In this document: one piece after another, positions 44,619-55,149 of the stretch
Layout: each line of letters begins with the position of its first letter
How positions within the stretch are numbered: position 1 is the first letter of the stretch
Origin: Bdellovibrionales bacterium
Lineage (GTDB): Bacteria; Bdellovibrionota; Bdellovibrionia; Bdellovibrionales; Bdellovibrionaceae
Direction of reading: 5' to 3'
Assembly: GCA_046336915.1 (NCBI GenBank)
Contig: JBKDHV010000027.1
Coordinates: forward strand, 733 to 64,732
Length of the DNA: 64,000 bases
Program-made: the position numbers and the translations under genes
Notes under the pieces: model-generated
Databases searched by the model: none
Told to the model about the DNA's origin: nothing
Seen by the model: the letters and a program-made list of their open reading frames with translations, nothing else

Positions 44619-46191
44619 GATATCTCATTCTCCCAATCACGAACAACAGAATCACAAGGATCGGAACCCAGTCAAGATAACCGTACTTCATGAAGAATGT
44701 GATCTTCGGTGCGGGAACTGGAACTTCCGCCATGCCGGCCCAGCTAACGCCAAGAGGGGATTTTATGAGAACCTCTCCGCGGTGAGTGATGATCGAGGAT
44801 TGCCCCGTGTTCGTCGCACGAATCAGAGGCCGGCGGGTTTCAATCGCGCGGGCCCACGTCATAGTTCCATGCTGGAAGGGTTCGAACTCTTTGCCGAACC
44901 AAGAGTCATTGGTCACATTTACGAGCACTTCTCCACCGGCTAGGGCGCCAAGGCGGGAGTGGGCGGGCGACAAACTCTCGTAGCAGATTTGAGGCGCAAT
45001 TTTGAAAGTTCCTCGAGCCGTTTGCAGAGGCTTTACCTCAGGACCCGGCCCCCTTGCAAAATTCGAAACAAAAGGAATCCACTTCAAAAGAATCGGAAAA
45101 AACTCACTTCCTGGAAGATACTCCCCGAAGGCCAGTAGCTGATACTTTCGATAGGCATTCGCCGCCAGCGCTCCGTCGTGATTAAAGCCAAAGACGGCGT
45201 TGTACACGCCTTGAGTTTGAGGATCTCGTGAGTAGGCGCCTGTCACCACCGCCCGGTTCCAGCTTTGGATTCGGCTGCGCAACTGGAAGGCGCGATCCCG
45301 ATTCAGGTAATCGAGATCAAAGTAATCCGCCAAGGCCGTCTCGGGCCAGACAATCAGTTCAGTTTCGGGAAATCGAGCCAAAGCCTCTTCGGTCAAACGT
45401 AAATACAGATCCTGCACGGCGCGGGGGAGTTCGCCTTCGCGGCCTTTCAGGTTTTGCTCGGCCATAACTTTATCGAATTGTCCCACGTTGGCCTGCACAA
45501 TCAGCGCCTTCAGAGTGCGCTCGGGGGGCTCGTCGGCGGGGCGGATCTTTGAGCCCACAACGTTGAAAAGCAGAAAAAGAAGACAGGTCGCGGCCATGAG
45601 CCCGATGGCCAGTCCGCGACGGGTTGTCTGCCATGCGACAAGGCCGGTGGCGACAACGGCATTAAGGGCAAAAAGGAAGGCCGAAAGACCTTCGAAGCCC
45701 ACCCACTCGGCCAACTGATAAATTTCAAGTCGCGAGTAAAGAAGCGAGTAACCCATGTTCCATGAAAAGATCATGGGCCAAATTCGTTCGAGCAACGAGA
45801 TGGCACAGGCATAACTGAGAAAGACCCAGCCTGCGGGCCAATCCTGATCCTTTCGAAGCCAATTGATCAAGGCTAAAGCGAGGGGAATATGCAAGTGGAC
45901 GAAGGCGGCAAACAGCAAAAGCACGGGAACAGCGACGATCCAAGGAAGATTTCCGAAAGCATGGGCCGTGTAGGCCACCCAGTGAAAACCGATCAGGCTG
46001 AGAGTGAACTGAGTCGCCCATCCCGCCCAGAAGGCCGTTTTCCAAGACTTTTGCTTCCAACAAAAAAGCCAAAGAGGCACCCAGCAGAAAACCACGGCCC
46101 AACTTGGAAAGGGCGGATAAGAGGTCGCAACCAGGAGTCCACTGATCAAAGGAAGTTGATAGCGCTTGAGTCGTTCAAGAAAATGCGTCAC
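44584..46191 (-). CDS. lnt: apolipoprotein N-acyltransferase
   Basis: 535 aa. Polytopic N-terminus. CN-hydrolase domain with LIVWPETA (Glu) and PQICYES (Cys). Confidence 0.85.
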   Translation of the reverse strand: MTHFLERLKRYQLPLISGLLVATSYPPFPSWAVVFCWVPLWLFCWKQKSWKTAFWAGWATQFTLSLIGFHWVAYTAHAFGNLPWIVAVPVLLLFAAFVHLHIPLALALINWLRKDQDWPAGWVFLSYACAISLLERIWPMIFSWNMGYSLLYSRLEIYQLAEWVGFEGLSAFLFALNAVVATGLVAWQTTRRGLAIGLMAATCLLFLLFNVVGSKIRPADEPPERTLKALIVQANVGQFDKVMAEQNLKGREGELPRAVQDLYLRLTEEALARFPETELIVWPETALADYFDLDYLNRDRAFQLRSRIQSWNRAVVTGAYSRDPQTQGVYNAVFGFNHDGALAANAYRKYQLLAFGEYLPGSEFFPILLKWIPFVSNFARGPGPEVKPLQTARGTFKIAPQICYESLSPAHSRLGALAGGEVLVNVTNDSWFGKEFEPFQHGTMTWARAIETRRPLIRATNTGQSSIITHRGEVLIKSPLGVSWAGMAEVPVPAPKITFFMKYGYLDWVPILVILLFVIGRMRYRENTRRSVSIP

Positions 46192-46255
46192 AATTCAGAG
46201 AGTATAAGAAAATAAGCGAACAACCAAGCCCAAACCGGGCAGGAGAAGAGCTCGC

Positions 46256-46852
46256 ATGGAGATGACAAAAGGGACAGCAGGGATGCATCAGGATGAAGTC
46301 TCGTGTTCGTCTTGTTCAACTCAATTTCATATCATGAAGCCTCTTGAGGGGCTTGTTTACACCTGCAAGTCCTGTCAAAGCCAATTCATGCTGCGTAAAC
46401 GCGGGTCTCGTTTCGAAAGTTTTTTGTGGTCCGAGGATGAAATTCTGAAGAAGCTTCTTGAAATCCCAGGGCAACCGGGCCCCTCTCAGGCCCAGCGTCT
46501 TTGGAGAAAAGTTTTTTCGAATCTCGAAGATGAAAAAGCTCACATGGATTTCGTCCAACTTTGTCGGAAGTTGAACCAGCTAGAAATGGCGCGAGAAAAA
46601 TACGGACATCTTCAGAGCTATTTGAATTGGACTCAGCTTCCTAAATCCGTCCAAGAAATTTTGTATCCAGCCCCGAAAGTGATTTCGCCTTGGCAGGAAA
46701 GAACACCCTGGATTCTTTTGGGGCTTGGTCTTGGGATGATTCTCGCAGGCCTTGTGTTGCCAGGTTATCGCAATATGTTCGGGGCCGGGGTCCTTGTGGG
46801 ACTGCTCACGATTGTTTTTTACCGTCAGCAAATCTTCGAAAAAGTAAAATAG
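46256..46852 (+). CDS. zinc-ribbon membrane-anchored hypothetical protein
   Basis: 198 aa. CSSC...CKSC zinc-ribbon near the N-terminus. Two C-terminal TM helices. Confidence 0.5.
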   Translation: MEMTKGTAGMHQDEVSCSSCSTQFHIMKPLEGLVYTCKSCQSQFMLRKRGSRFESFLWSEDEILKKLLEIPGQPGPSQAQRLWRKVFSNLEDEKAHMDFVQLCRKLNQLEMAREKYGHLQSYLNWTQLPKSVQEILYPAPKVISPWQERTPWILLGLGLGMILAGLVLPGYRNMFGAGVLVGLLTIVFYRQQIFEKVK

Positions 46853-46883
46853 AGTGCACCGCCGTGGGGCCCAGGCTCCTACT

Positions 46884-48290
46884 TTAGAACTCGGGTTTAT
46901 TCCCCAGTCGATCTTTTTTCGGCTCGGAAGGCTGTCTTTGAAGCGCCTCCATCAGGTCGCGGCCAAACTGAGCGGTGGAGTCGAGAGACGCATTGGGATC
47001 TTGTTGTCCATTCGAGCCTCTGGACGAATTGCGATCCTGTTGTCCGCTTAAGACCCTGACACCCGCCGAGTTGACGGCGCGAATGCCCGAAGCGGTCAGA
47101 TCCTCATCCAGAACTGTGAGCGCTTTATAGAGATTCAGCTTTCTCGAAGTTTTCGTTTTCTCTGCAAGGCTGGCAAGAGCATCCCCGGTTGAGAGAATGT
47201 ATTTTTTCACGTCGTCGTACTTAAACCCGACTTTGTGGGACATGATAAGGGCCGCTCCCCCTGTCACAAAGGCGGTCGCTTGTGATGTTCCGGTCATGAA
47301 GCCGTAAGCGTTGCCTGGCAGTGTGGAGATCACATTTTGCCCTGGGGCTGCGATATGAACTGATTTTACGCCCCAGTTGCTTGTCGCAAGAACCTCAACC
47401 GACGGATTAAAGGCTGTGACAGAAATAATATTGTCCAGATCATAATCGGCTGGGTAGTAGGGGATTTTATCGGAATTCGATTTTTCATTGCCGGCGGCGG
47501 CCACAAAAAGAATTCCTTTTTTTCGAGCCTCGCTGATGGCATCGAACTCTTCTTGAGAAAATTCGAGACCGCCCCCTGAGTAGTTAATAATGTGGGCGCC
47601 CATCTTGACGGCGTATTGGATCGACCTCACCGTGTTGCGAAGATTGTCCGCGCCCGGAGACAGTGGATCAAAGTACTTCAGAATCATCATGGAAACCTCA
47701 GGCGCGATTCCGACAATCCCTTTTTTGTTGTCAGCTTGGGCGCCGATGATGCCTGCGATGTGGGTTCCATGGCCATGGTTGTCAGCGAGCTTGTTGTTGT
47801 TAAGAACAAAGTTCCAACCGTGAACATCGTCTACGAAGCCGTTTCCGTCGTCATCTTGGCCATTGGTGGCTTTCTCTTTTCCTTTGGCGTCTTTTCCCTG
47901 CTCACCGGGGTTGGTCCACAAATTCTGTTTCAAATCCTCGTGGTTCAGATCCAGGCCTGTGTCGATCACGGCGACGACAACTTGGCGGCTGCCCTTTGTA
48001 AGAGACCAGGCCCGTGCGGCATCGGACTTCTTTAAGCCCCAGGCTTGTGCAATGGCGGGGTCATTGAAGAGAGCGCTGGGCTCGTTTTCCACCTTATTCA
48101 TTTTTGTCGTGATTTTGGAATCCTCGAGAGCTCGTGTGTTCAGACTGGCCTTGTCGTTCGCTGCGCGCCGGTTCAAGTAACTCGAGTTGTTCAAGCCGTC
48201 ATCGAATTTGAAGTAAAGAGTCAGTCCCCCCAAAAATACCAGGAAGAATCCGGCTAAGCTTAAAGGAAGCAAGCTTGAACGCATAGGCAC
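46884..48290 (-). CDS. secreted subtilisin-like serine protease (peptidase S8)
   Basis: 468 aa. Catalytic triad motifs VAVIDTGLD, HGTHIAGIIGA and GTSQATAFVTG. N-terminal signal anchor. Confidence 0.9.
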   Translation of the reverse strand: MPMRSSLLPLSLAGFFLVFLGGLTLYFKFDDGLNNSSYLNRRAANDKASLNTRALEDSKITTKMNKVENEPSALFNDPAIAQAWGLKKSDAARAWSLTKGSRQVVVAVIDTGLDLNHEDLKQNLWTNPGEQGKDAKGKEKATNGQDDDGNGFVDDVHGWNFVLNNNKLADNHGHGTHIAGIIGAQADNKKGIVGIAPEVSMMILKYFDPLSPGADNLRNTVRSIQYAVKMGAHIINYSGGGLEFSQEEFDAISEARKKGILFVAAAGNEKSNSDKIPYYPADYDLDNIISVTAFNPSVEVLATSNWGVKSVHIAAPGQNVISTLPGNAYGFMTGTSQATAFVTGGAALIMSHKVGFKYDDVKKYILSTGDALASLAEKTKTSRKLNLYKALTVLDEDLTASGIRAVNSAGVRVLSGQQDRNSSRGSNGQQDPNASLDSTAQFGRDLMEALQRQPSEPKKDRLGNKPEF

Positions 48291-48383
48291 CTCAGTCCAT
48301 GAGTTTATCGGCTTTTCCGCAGACCAGAATGAGGGGAATTTTGGGACCTCAACGCCCGACGGCCTAGCGGAAGGTCGAGCGCC

Positions 48384-50135
48384 TTAGCGGGGTGCTGGAC
48401 GAATGTCGGCTAACGCGGAATCAGGGAAAGGAAAAGGTTTTGTCTCCAGAAGCCGCTTGTAGAAGATTTGATTCCGCAGAATGAGGCGGACATAGGATCT
48501 TGTTTCCTCAAAGGGAATCTCCTCAATAAACTCCACCAAGTTGGGTCGGTAGCGAGTCTTAATCCAAGACTTCACGGCATCGGAGCCCGCATTGTAAGAG
48601 GCGGCCGCAAGCACGGCACTTCCTCCGAACTCTTGCAGACGATTCTTCAGTTCTCGGATCCCGAGCTTCAAGTTGAGGTCGGGATCAAAAAGCTGGGTCT
48701 CTTCTTGAAATTGCACTCCCGCCTCGACGGCCAATTTGCGAGCTAAAGAGGGCATGAGTTGCATGAGGCCCAGCGCATCGGTGGGACTTCTGGCCATGGG
48801 ATTAAAGCCGGACTCCTGTCGAATCAAAGAGAGCACAAAGGACGCATCCATCTTTTCGAGCTCGGAAAGTTTTTGGATCTCGGTTTCGTACTTCGAAGGG
48901 AACAGCAAATTCTGGTGATCGTTGAAAAAATCGACCCGCTTTTCCGCGGGAATCAGGGACAACAAACGTACAATCGAGTTTGTCAGGCTGGCGGCCCAGT
49001 AGTTTTCAAGCAAAACTCTTTGTTCTCGCTTGGAAGCTTTCAAAAAGTCGGGGAGGTAAGAGTTCAGAAGAGAATCCAGGAAAGTCTTTTCGTCGAAAGC
49101 AAGAGCCCACTGGAACTTGTCCGCGTCTTCAGATTTGAACCACGAGATCTCTTTCAAATCTTGAGCAGGACCCTTGAAAGCTTTGACGGGTTTGAATTTC
49201 TCTCCAAGATCCCGGTGAGCGAGGACGGAATAATAGCTTAGAGGATCATCCTGAATCAGGGTTCGAAGCAGAGCTTGGGCCTTTTCGGTCTCGGGTTTTG
49301 CCAAGCGAAGGAGACTCTTGGCCTGCCAGTACTGGGCCCGAGTTTGAGTGAAGCGATCCTTCGATTTTTCCGCGAGTGACTGCCACAGAGACGCACTTCG
49401 TTCAAAATTTTCTTTCTTAAACTGCCACCACGCCACCGAGGATAAGAGCTGGCTGTTCAGATCGGCTTCGACATCCGGTTGAAGCAAGGCCTTCTCGAAG
49501 AATTGCAGCGCCTGATCTGGCTTTTTTTGCTCTTCAAGAATGCGGCCTTGAATGTAGTAAACCCCTTGGCGGGAGAACGACTTTTTCCACTTTTTGTCGG
49601 CACGGCGAAGTTCAGACTGGGCTTTCTTGGTTTGATCGAAAGTCCAAAGAGCCCTTGCGTATTCGACCGTGTACTTTTCGGGATCAAGGCGCGCCATCTT
49701 TTGCAGAGTTTTTAGGCGCATCTTGCGATCTTGTCGACTGCGGTGGATTTTGTGTTGCTCTTCCAAACACTCAAGTCTTTGATCCAAAGTTCGAGCTCGC
49801 TTAAAGGCCTTACCTAGAAGCGGCAATGCTTTTTCGTATCGGAAGTCATCACGATGATATCGTGCGAGATCCATAAGACTTTCAAACTTTTTAGGGTTGA
49901 GCGGCGGAGCCGTTCGGCAATACTCCGCTCGCTTGAAGCTGACAAGATCCTGGTGGGGAAATTCGGGGATCCAAGTCAGGGCTTTAAATTTTTCACAGGC
50001 TTGAATTCGATTTTGAAAGGAAAGTTTTCGAATCTGCTTCCACTCGTCGACCCATTGGGGTTTTGCACTAGGAGTGGTCTTCATTTCGGCTGGGAGCGCC
50101 AGGCTCCCCAGCCAAATCAAAAAAAATGTGATCAT
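48384..50135 (-). CDS. slt: soluble lytic murein transglycosylase (Slt70-like)
   Basis: 583 aa. Helical-repeat N-terminal region. C-terminal SLT domain LIRQESGFNPMARSPTDALGLMQLMP...AASYNAG. Confidence 0.85.
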   Translation of the reverse strand: MITFFLIWLGSLALPAEMKTTPSAKPQWVDEWKQIRKLSFQNRIQACEKFKALTWIPEFPHQDLVSFKRAEYCRTAPPLNPKKFESLMDLARYHRDDFRYEKALPLLGKAFKRARTLDQRLECLEEQHKIHRSRQDRKMRLKTLQKMARLDPEKYTVEYARALWTFDQTKKAQSELRRADKKWKKSFSRQGVYYIQGRILEEQKKPDQALQFFEKALLQPDVEADLNSQLLSSVAWWQFKKENFERSASLWQSLAEKSKDRFTQTRAQYWQAKSLLRLAKPETEKAQALLRTLIQDDPLSYYSVLAHRDLGEKFKPVKAFKGPAQDLKEISWFKSEDADKFQWALAFDEKTFLDSLLNSYLPDFLKASKREQRVLLENYWAASLTNSIVRLLSLIPAEKRVDFFNDHQNLLFPSKYETEIQKLSELEKMDASFVLSLIRQESGFNPMARSPTDALGLMQLMPSLARKLAVEAGVQFQEETQLFDPDLNLKLGIRELKNRLQEFGGSAVLAAASYNAGSDAVKSWIKTRYRPNLVEFIEEIPFEETRSYVRLILRNQIFYKRLLETKPFPFPDSALADIRPAPR

Positions 50136-51022
50136 CGACCTCTTTCGAGCGCTTGAATTCTCACTTCAAGTGGGGGGTGAGTCAGAAACAAGGAGGCCAA
50201 TCCTCCACGCTGACGGTGCGAGATCTTCAAGGTCGCCAAACCATCCTCTTGATCGTAATGGGCCAAGGGTGATTCGTAAACAGCTTGCAGCTTTCGCAGC
50301 GCACCTACCATGTTTTCGCGCGACGACAGTCGAGCTCCACCGGCATCGGCTCGGAATTCACGAGCGCGAGAGAAGTAAGCCACCACAATGGAACCTAACA
50401 AAGTGAACAAAATATCGCCTAAGATTGTGCACACAAACGTGACGAGTGGGCGATTCCGCTCTTCAACCTGGCTTGCGGCAACGTGGGCCAAAATGCGAGA
50501 AAAGAACAAGGCAAACGTGTTCACAATTCCCTGAATCAGAGTCATCGTCACCATATCGCCGTTCGCGATGTGACTGACCTCGTGAGCTAAAACCCCATCG
50601 ACCTCGCGTTCATTCATTCGCTGCAAAAGTCCTGTGCTGACCGCAACAAGGGAGTTTGATTTTGACGGCCCCGTCGCAAAAGCATTCACGTCGGGAGACT
50701 CGTAGATTCCGACTTCGGGCATCTTCGGCAGATGAGCCGCTCGTGCCATGCCGTGCACGCGCTCAACGAGATTTCGAAGTCGTGGATCGGAAGTGCGAGG
50801 ATCAATCATTTGCACTCCGTACATCGATTTCGCGACCCACTTGCTGATCAAAAGCGAAACAAAGGCTCCGCCGAATCCCGCGACGCCGCTGAACACGATC
50901 AAGTAGGGCATATAGCCCGTCACTCCGAAGTAGGCGCTGATCAAGGACCAAACCACGCTGACGGTCGCCATGATCAAGACGTTAACAAAAATAAAAAGGC
51001 CAATTCGTTTCAACCACACCAT
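50132..51022 (-). CDS. htpX: membrane zinc protease HtpX (peptidase M48)
   Basis: 296 aa. HEVSHIANGD (HExxH) and a TM topology typical of HtpX. 4-nt overlap with slt. Confidence 0.9.
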   Translation of the reverse strand: MVWLKRIGLFIFVNVLIMATVSVVWSLISAYFGVTGYMPYLIVFSGVAGFGGAFVSLLISKWVAKSMYGVQMIDPRTSDPRLRNLVERVHGMARAAHLPKMPEVGIYESPDVNAFATGPSKSNSLVAVSTGLLQRMNEREVDGVLAHEVSHIANGDMVTMTLIQGIVNTFALFFSRILAHVAASQVEERNRPLVTFVCTILGDILFTLLGSIVVAYFSRAREFRADAGGARLSSRENMVGALRKLQAVYESPLAHYDQEDGLATLKISHRQRGGLASLFLTHPPLEVRIQALERGR

Positions 51023-51128
51023 AAGAAAAGCCTCCTTAAAAGCTGATCAAAAAAGAAAAAGGAATGTCCAAAGTTTGGACCTTCCCTTTTGTTCTTTACC
51101 CATAAATGTGCTCAGTCTTTTTGGCTTG

Positions 51129-53483
51129 TCAATCCGAACCGGTCGTATGCGGTTGCTTTTTGCGCCCCTTAAAACCAGAGGGTTTTCCACTCGAGTCGGG
51201 GTCCAAATTGGAACCACCTGCCGCGGGCGGCGTCGAGCGAAACTGGAATCGAAACTCGTTGTCGATGACATCGACAACGACGATCCCACCCTGAGTCAGG
51301 CGGCCAAAAAGAAGCTCGTCGACAAGGGGTTTCTTCAGATGATCATTGACGGCTCGCTGCATCGGGCGAGCGCCGTAGGCGCGGTCGTAGCCCAATTTCG
51401 AGAGTTTCTCCAGGGCGGCTTGCGATACCTGAAGTTCAACCTTCTGAGGAACCAAAGACATTTTCAGTTCATCGACAGATTTCTGAGCCACTTTCAGAAT
51501 AATTTCAGGTGAAAGATCTTGGAAGCCGACCACTGCATCTAAACGATTCAAAAACTCAGGACTAAAAGTTCTCTTGATGACGTCCAAGGAAAGCGCGGCC
51601 CGTGGAGATTCCACCAGTCCGATCGAGCCCTTCGAGACTTCCTGGGCACCGGCATTGGTCGTCATGATAATGACGACATTTTTAAAGTCAGCGACTCGTC
51701 CTTGGCCATCCGTCATGCGAGCGGCATCCATCACTTGCAAAAGCGCCTGCGAGATATCCGGATGGGCCTTTTCGATCTCATCTAGCAAGAGCACGCAAAA
51801 GGGCTTTTGTGTGATCGCCTCAGTCAGAAGGCCGCCCGATTCGTAGCCCACATAGCCGGGGGGAGCTCCGATCAGTCGAGCGACCGCGTGTTTCTCCATA
51901 TATTCGCCCATGTCGAAGCGAACGAAGGGCACGCCCAATTGTTCGGCTAGCTGCTTGGCCACTTCGGTTTTTCCAACACCCGTTGGACCTGCGAACAGAA
52001 AACTTCCCACAGGCTTTTGCCCTGACTTCAATCCGGCCCGAGCGAGCTTGATCGCGGAAACAACTTGTGCGATCGCAGCATCCTGTCCGTAGATGAGGGC
52101 CTTCAGTTTTTTATCTAAATCTTTGAGCTGATTCTTCTCGCTTGCCGACACTTGGGCCACCGGAAGACCGGTGATGCGAGCGACGGTTTCCTCGACATCC
52201 CGAGATCGAATTTTTAAGACCTCGTCAGACGTATTATGCAGTCGAAGGGCGGCGCCGGTTTCGTCTAAGACGTCAATGGCCTTGTCAGGCAGGTGTCCGG
52301 TGGACACGTGTTTCACACTTAAATCCACGGCGGCTTCGAGCGAATCCATCGAGTACTCGACACGGTGGTGCTGTTCGTAATGGCGCTTCAAACCTTTCAG
52401 AATTTCGAGAGTTTCGCCGCGGCTGGGTTCGTCCACCGAAATCTTTTGGAAACGACGATTCAGCGCGCGATCCTTTTCAAAGTGCTGGCGAAACTCGGTC
52501 TGCGTGGTCGAACCGATCACCGGAATTTCGCCGCGACCCAAAAAGGGCTTCAGCAGATTCGAAGCGTCCATCGAGCCTCCGCTTGTGGCGCCGGCTCCAA
52601 CGATCGTATGAATCTCGTCGACGAAAAGAATGACGTTCTTTCTTTTTTGAACTTCTTTAAGAACACCTTTCAAGCGCCCTTCAAAGTCCCCGCGAAATTT
52701 CGTTCCAGCCAAAAGCGTTCCCATATCCAAGGAGTAGATCTCTTGACCTTTCAAAATTTCAGGAACATGGCCCCGAACAACTTTTTGAGCCAAGCCTTCG
52801 ACGACGGCCGTTTTTCCCACGCCAGGTTCCCCGATCAGAAGAGGATTATTTTTGGTTCTGCGGGCTAGCACCTGAACCATACGCTCAATCAACTTATCGC
52901 GACCGATGACGGGATCAAGTTTGTTTTCGCGCGCTCGCTGGGTCAGGTTGATGCAAAAACTTTCAAGCGCCGAGTTTTTTCCGTCCCGAGATTCCTCATC
53001 GCCCATCTGGGGCGCAGGTAGCGAGAACGAGTCTTTTTCAATTCCGTGCGAGATGTAATTGATGATGTCAAACTGGGTCAGTCCAAACTGAGCAAGCGAG
53101 TACACCGCATGAGAGTCCTGCTCATAGAAAAGGGCGACAAGAAGAGTGCCTTCATTGATTTGAGTCTTTCCCGAGCTCTTGACCTGAAGAGCGGCGCGTT
53201 GAAACAGTCGATGGCAGGCCAGCGTGAACTCGGGTTGCCACGATTCATAACCTCCGTAGGATTCAATCTGCTCTTGGGTGATGCCGGGGATCTTTTTCAG
53301 ATAGTCTCGTAGCTTAATCTTCAAGGCCGGGACATCCACTTTCAGGGCCGTCAGGATTTCCACCGTAGCTGGACTGGCACTCAGACTCAGAAGGATATGC
53401 TCGAGTGTCACGAATTCGTGGCGAAGTTGCTTCGCCATTTCGGCCGCTTCGGCTAAACGTCGTTCCAATTCTCGCGTCATCAT
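51129..53483 (-). CDS. clpA: ATP-dependent Clp protease ATP-binding subunit ClpA
   Basis: 784 aa. Clp N-domain repeats. Two AAA+ modules with Walker A GEPGVGKT and GPTGVGKT. No ClpB-length middle domain. Confidence 0.9.
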   Translation of the reverse strand: MMTRELERRLAEAAEMAKQLRHEFVTLEHILLSLSASPATVEILTALKVDVPALKIKLRDYLKKIPGITQEQIESYGGYESWQPEFTLACHRLFQRAALQVKSSGKTQINEGTLLVALFYEQDSHAVYSLAQFGLTQFDIINYISHGIEKDSFSLPAPQMGDEESRDGKNSALESFCINLTQRARENKLDPVIGRDKLIERMVQVLARRTKNNPLLIGEPGVGKTAVVEGLAQKVVRGHVPEILKGQEIYSLDMGTLLAGTKFRGDFEGRLKGVLKEVQKRKNVILFVDEIHTIVGAGATSGGSMDASNLLKPFLGRGEIPVIGSTTQTEFRQHFEKDRALNRRFQKISVDEPSRGETLEILKGLKRHYEQHHRVEYSMDSLEAAVDLSVKHVSTGHLPDKAIDVLDETGAALRLHNTSDEVLKIRSRDVEETVARITGLPVAQVSASEKNQLKDLDKKLKALIYGQDAAIAQVVSAIKLARAGLKSGQKPVGSFLFAGPTGVGKTEVAKQLAEQLGVPFVRFDMGEYMEKHAVARLIGAPPGYVGYESGGLLTEAITQKPFCVLLLDEIEKAHPDISQALLQVMDAARMTDGQGRVADFKNVVIIMTTNAGAQEVSKGSIGLVESPRAALSLDVIKRTFSPEFLNRLDAVVGFQDLSPEIILKVAQKSVDELKMSLVPQKVELQVSQAALEKLSKLGYDRAYGARPMQRAVNDHLKKPLVDELLFGRLTQGGIVVVDVIDNEFRFQFRSTPPAAGGSNLDPDSSGKPSGFKGRKKQPHTTGSD

Positions 53484-53669
53484 AATACATCCACCCGAAA
53501 GGCCAAAAAGTCCCAGGCCCCTCTTTTCCTTATTTTCCGCGATCTGGAAAGCTTTGAACAGACCAGAGTTGCAGGTTGCAAAATAACATTGGGTCGCATC
53601 GAGGAAAAATCAAGTTCGCAAAGGCCAGAATTCGGTGAGAGCCAGACCCGTCCCAATCGAAGAGAGAGC

Positions 53670-54101
53670 TTAAGCTTCCTTCAATGTGCATTTCAAAGGA
53701 TGTTGATTCAGCTGTGAGAATTGGTTGACCTGCATGACTTTCATTTCGGCCACTTCCAGAGTGTAAACGCCCGCCACCCCTGAGCCTTTTTCATGTACGT
53801 CGAGCATGACTTTGTGAGCCTCTTCTTCGTTCTTGCCAAAGAAACGACGAAGGATCAGGACAACAAAATCCATTGGTGTGTAGTCATCATTCAAAAGAAT
53901 GACAGCATACATTCGAGGTGTTTCGACAACAGGAAGAACGTCCACTCCGGACTCGGATTCGGCAGAAGGACTCGCAGCCGGGACCTTAGTCTGGCTTAAG
54001 TTGATCGACAGGGTCCTGTCGCCAGGAAACGAATTTAAATTCGGTCGCGTCTCGATTACGCAGTCTGTCTGCCCAAGAAGAAGTGCGGTCATGACCATCA
54101 T
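53670..54101 (-). CDS. clpS: ATP-dependent Clp protease adaptor ClpS (start codon uncertain)
   Basis: Core MYAVILLNDDYTPMDFVVLILRRFF...AHKVMLDVHEKGSGVAGVYTLEVAEMKV is the ClpS signature. The 143-aa ORF is about 35-40 aa longer at the N-terminus than typical ClpS. Confidence 0.8.
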   Translation of the reverse strand: MMVMTALLLGQTDCVIETRPNLNSFPGDRTLSINLSQTKVPAASPSAESESGVDVLPVVETPRMYAVILLNDDYTPMDFVVLILRRFFGKNEEEAHKVMLDVHEKGSGVAGVYTLEVAEMKVMQVNQFSQLNQHPLKCTLKEA

Positions 54102-54419
54102 TTTAACTCAAACTCGGAAGTTTCTCAAAGCGATACATCGGAATGTGGATTTCGACCAAGGTCGAAGCTCGCGTCGCGGGGCTCGCGCAGGGGCCAGAGT
54201 CAGCTGAACTTCGGTCCTCGTTCTTTGGTCCAGTTCGACGTCGCAAAACTAGACTTTCCCTACCGACGTATCAGTCCGAGAAGTGGTCTTGCGTAATCTT
54301 AAAAACAACTTCACAATGAAGTGGTTCGCTCTTTTTGACAGTTGTCAAGAAGTCCGACAGGAAACGAAGTTCAAAACACTAATGACGCTAAAAACGTCAA
54401 AGACTAATGGAGGTCTTCA

Positions 54420-55025
54420 ATGAACGTAAAGTTAAACAACAAGGGTTTTTCTCTTGTGGAATTGATGGTCGTTGTTGCGATCATCGGAATCTTGGCTGCT
54501 GTGGCCGTGCCTCAGTTTTCAAAGTTCCAAGCAAAGTCACGCCAATCTGAGGCGAAGTCTTCTTTAACAGCTATTTTTACGGCTGAAAAAGGATTCAACG
54601 CTGAGTATTCAGGCTACGCGACCGCGTTCCGAGCTATTGGTTACGCTCCAGCCGGTGAAGTGCTCTACAACGTAGGCTTCGTTGCAGCTTGTGCTTCTTG
54701 GGCTGTTTGCGCTCCTGAGTACGAACCGAACGGTGCGGGTACTGCGCCTGTAGCTCCCGGTGACCCTTTTGCTGCAACTGCGTTTTGTGCCGCTTACGGT
54801 GCAGCTATGACCAACAACGTGGGTTGCCGTATGAAGCAAGCTGGCGCTCTCGCATCAGGAACAGTTGGGCCGCTCGCTCTGGCTGGTGCTGCGAATACAG
54901 CCAACCAAGTGACATTCCAAGCAACTGCTAACGCCGTTGTTTACTCAGGTTACTCAACGAACTCTGATACTTGGACAATTGATCAGAACAAAGTTGTTCT
55001 TCAAACGGCTCAAGGTATTCCGTAA
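54420..55025 (+). CDS. pilA: type IVa pilin (prepilin with 9-aa leader)
   Basis: 201 aa. MNVKLNNKG|FSLVELMVVVAIIGILAAVAVPQF is a class III signal with a Gly-Phe cleavage site and Glu5. Four Cys in the C-terminal half. GGAGG lies 6 nt before the ATG. Confidence 0.9.
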   Translation: MNVKLNNKGFSLVELMVVVAIIGILAAVAVPQFSKFQAKSRQSEAKSSLTAIFTAEKGFNAEYSGYATAFRAIGYAPAGEVLYNVGFVAACASWAVCAPEYEPNGAGTAPVAPGDPFAATAFCAAYGAAMTNNVGCRMKQAGALASGTVGPLALAGAANTANQVTFQATANAVVYSGYSTNSDTWTIDQNKVVLQTAQGIP

Positions 55026-55075
55026 TTGTGTTGAGTTAAGTTAAGCATAGAATAGAATAATTTTAATGCTGGACG

Positions 55076-55108
55076 TGAGGGGATGAAGATCATCCCCTCA
55101 TTTTTTTT
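55076..55108 (+). terminator. strong intrinsic terminator between the two pilin genes
   Basis: Perfect 11-bp stem TGAGGGGATGA / TCATCCCCTCA with a 3-nt loop, followed by T8. Confidence 0.9.
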
Positions 55109-55149
55109 CAAGCGGGCGTGGCGTAATGATCAAGCGGGAGGGGGTCCTC

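Noticed and set aside
54250-54419. Sigma-54 promoter upstream of the first pilin gene, as is common for pilA in other bacteria.
   Set aside because: The TGG-containing candidates (TGGTCTTGCG, TGGTTCGCTCTTTTTG) do not place a GC dinucleotide at the required -12 spacing. I found no convincing -24/-12 element.
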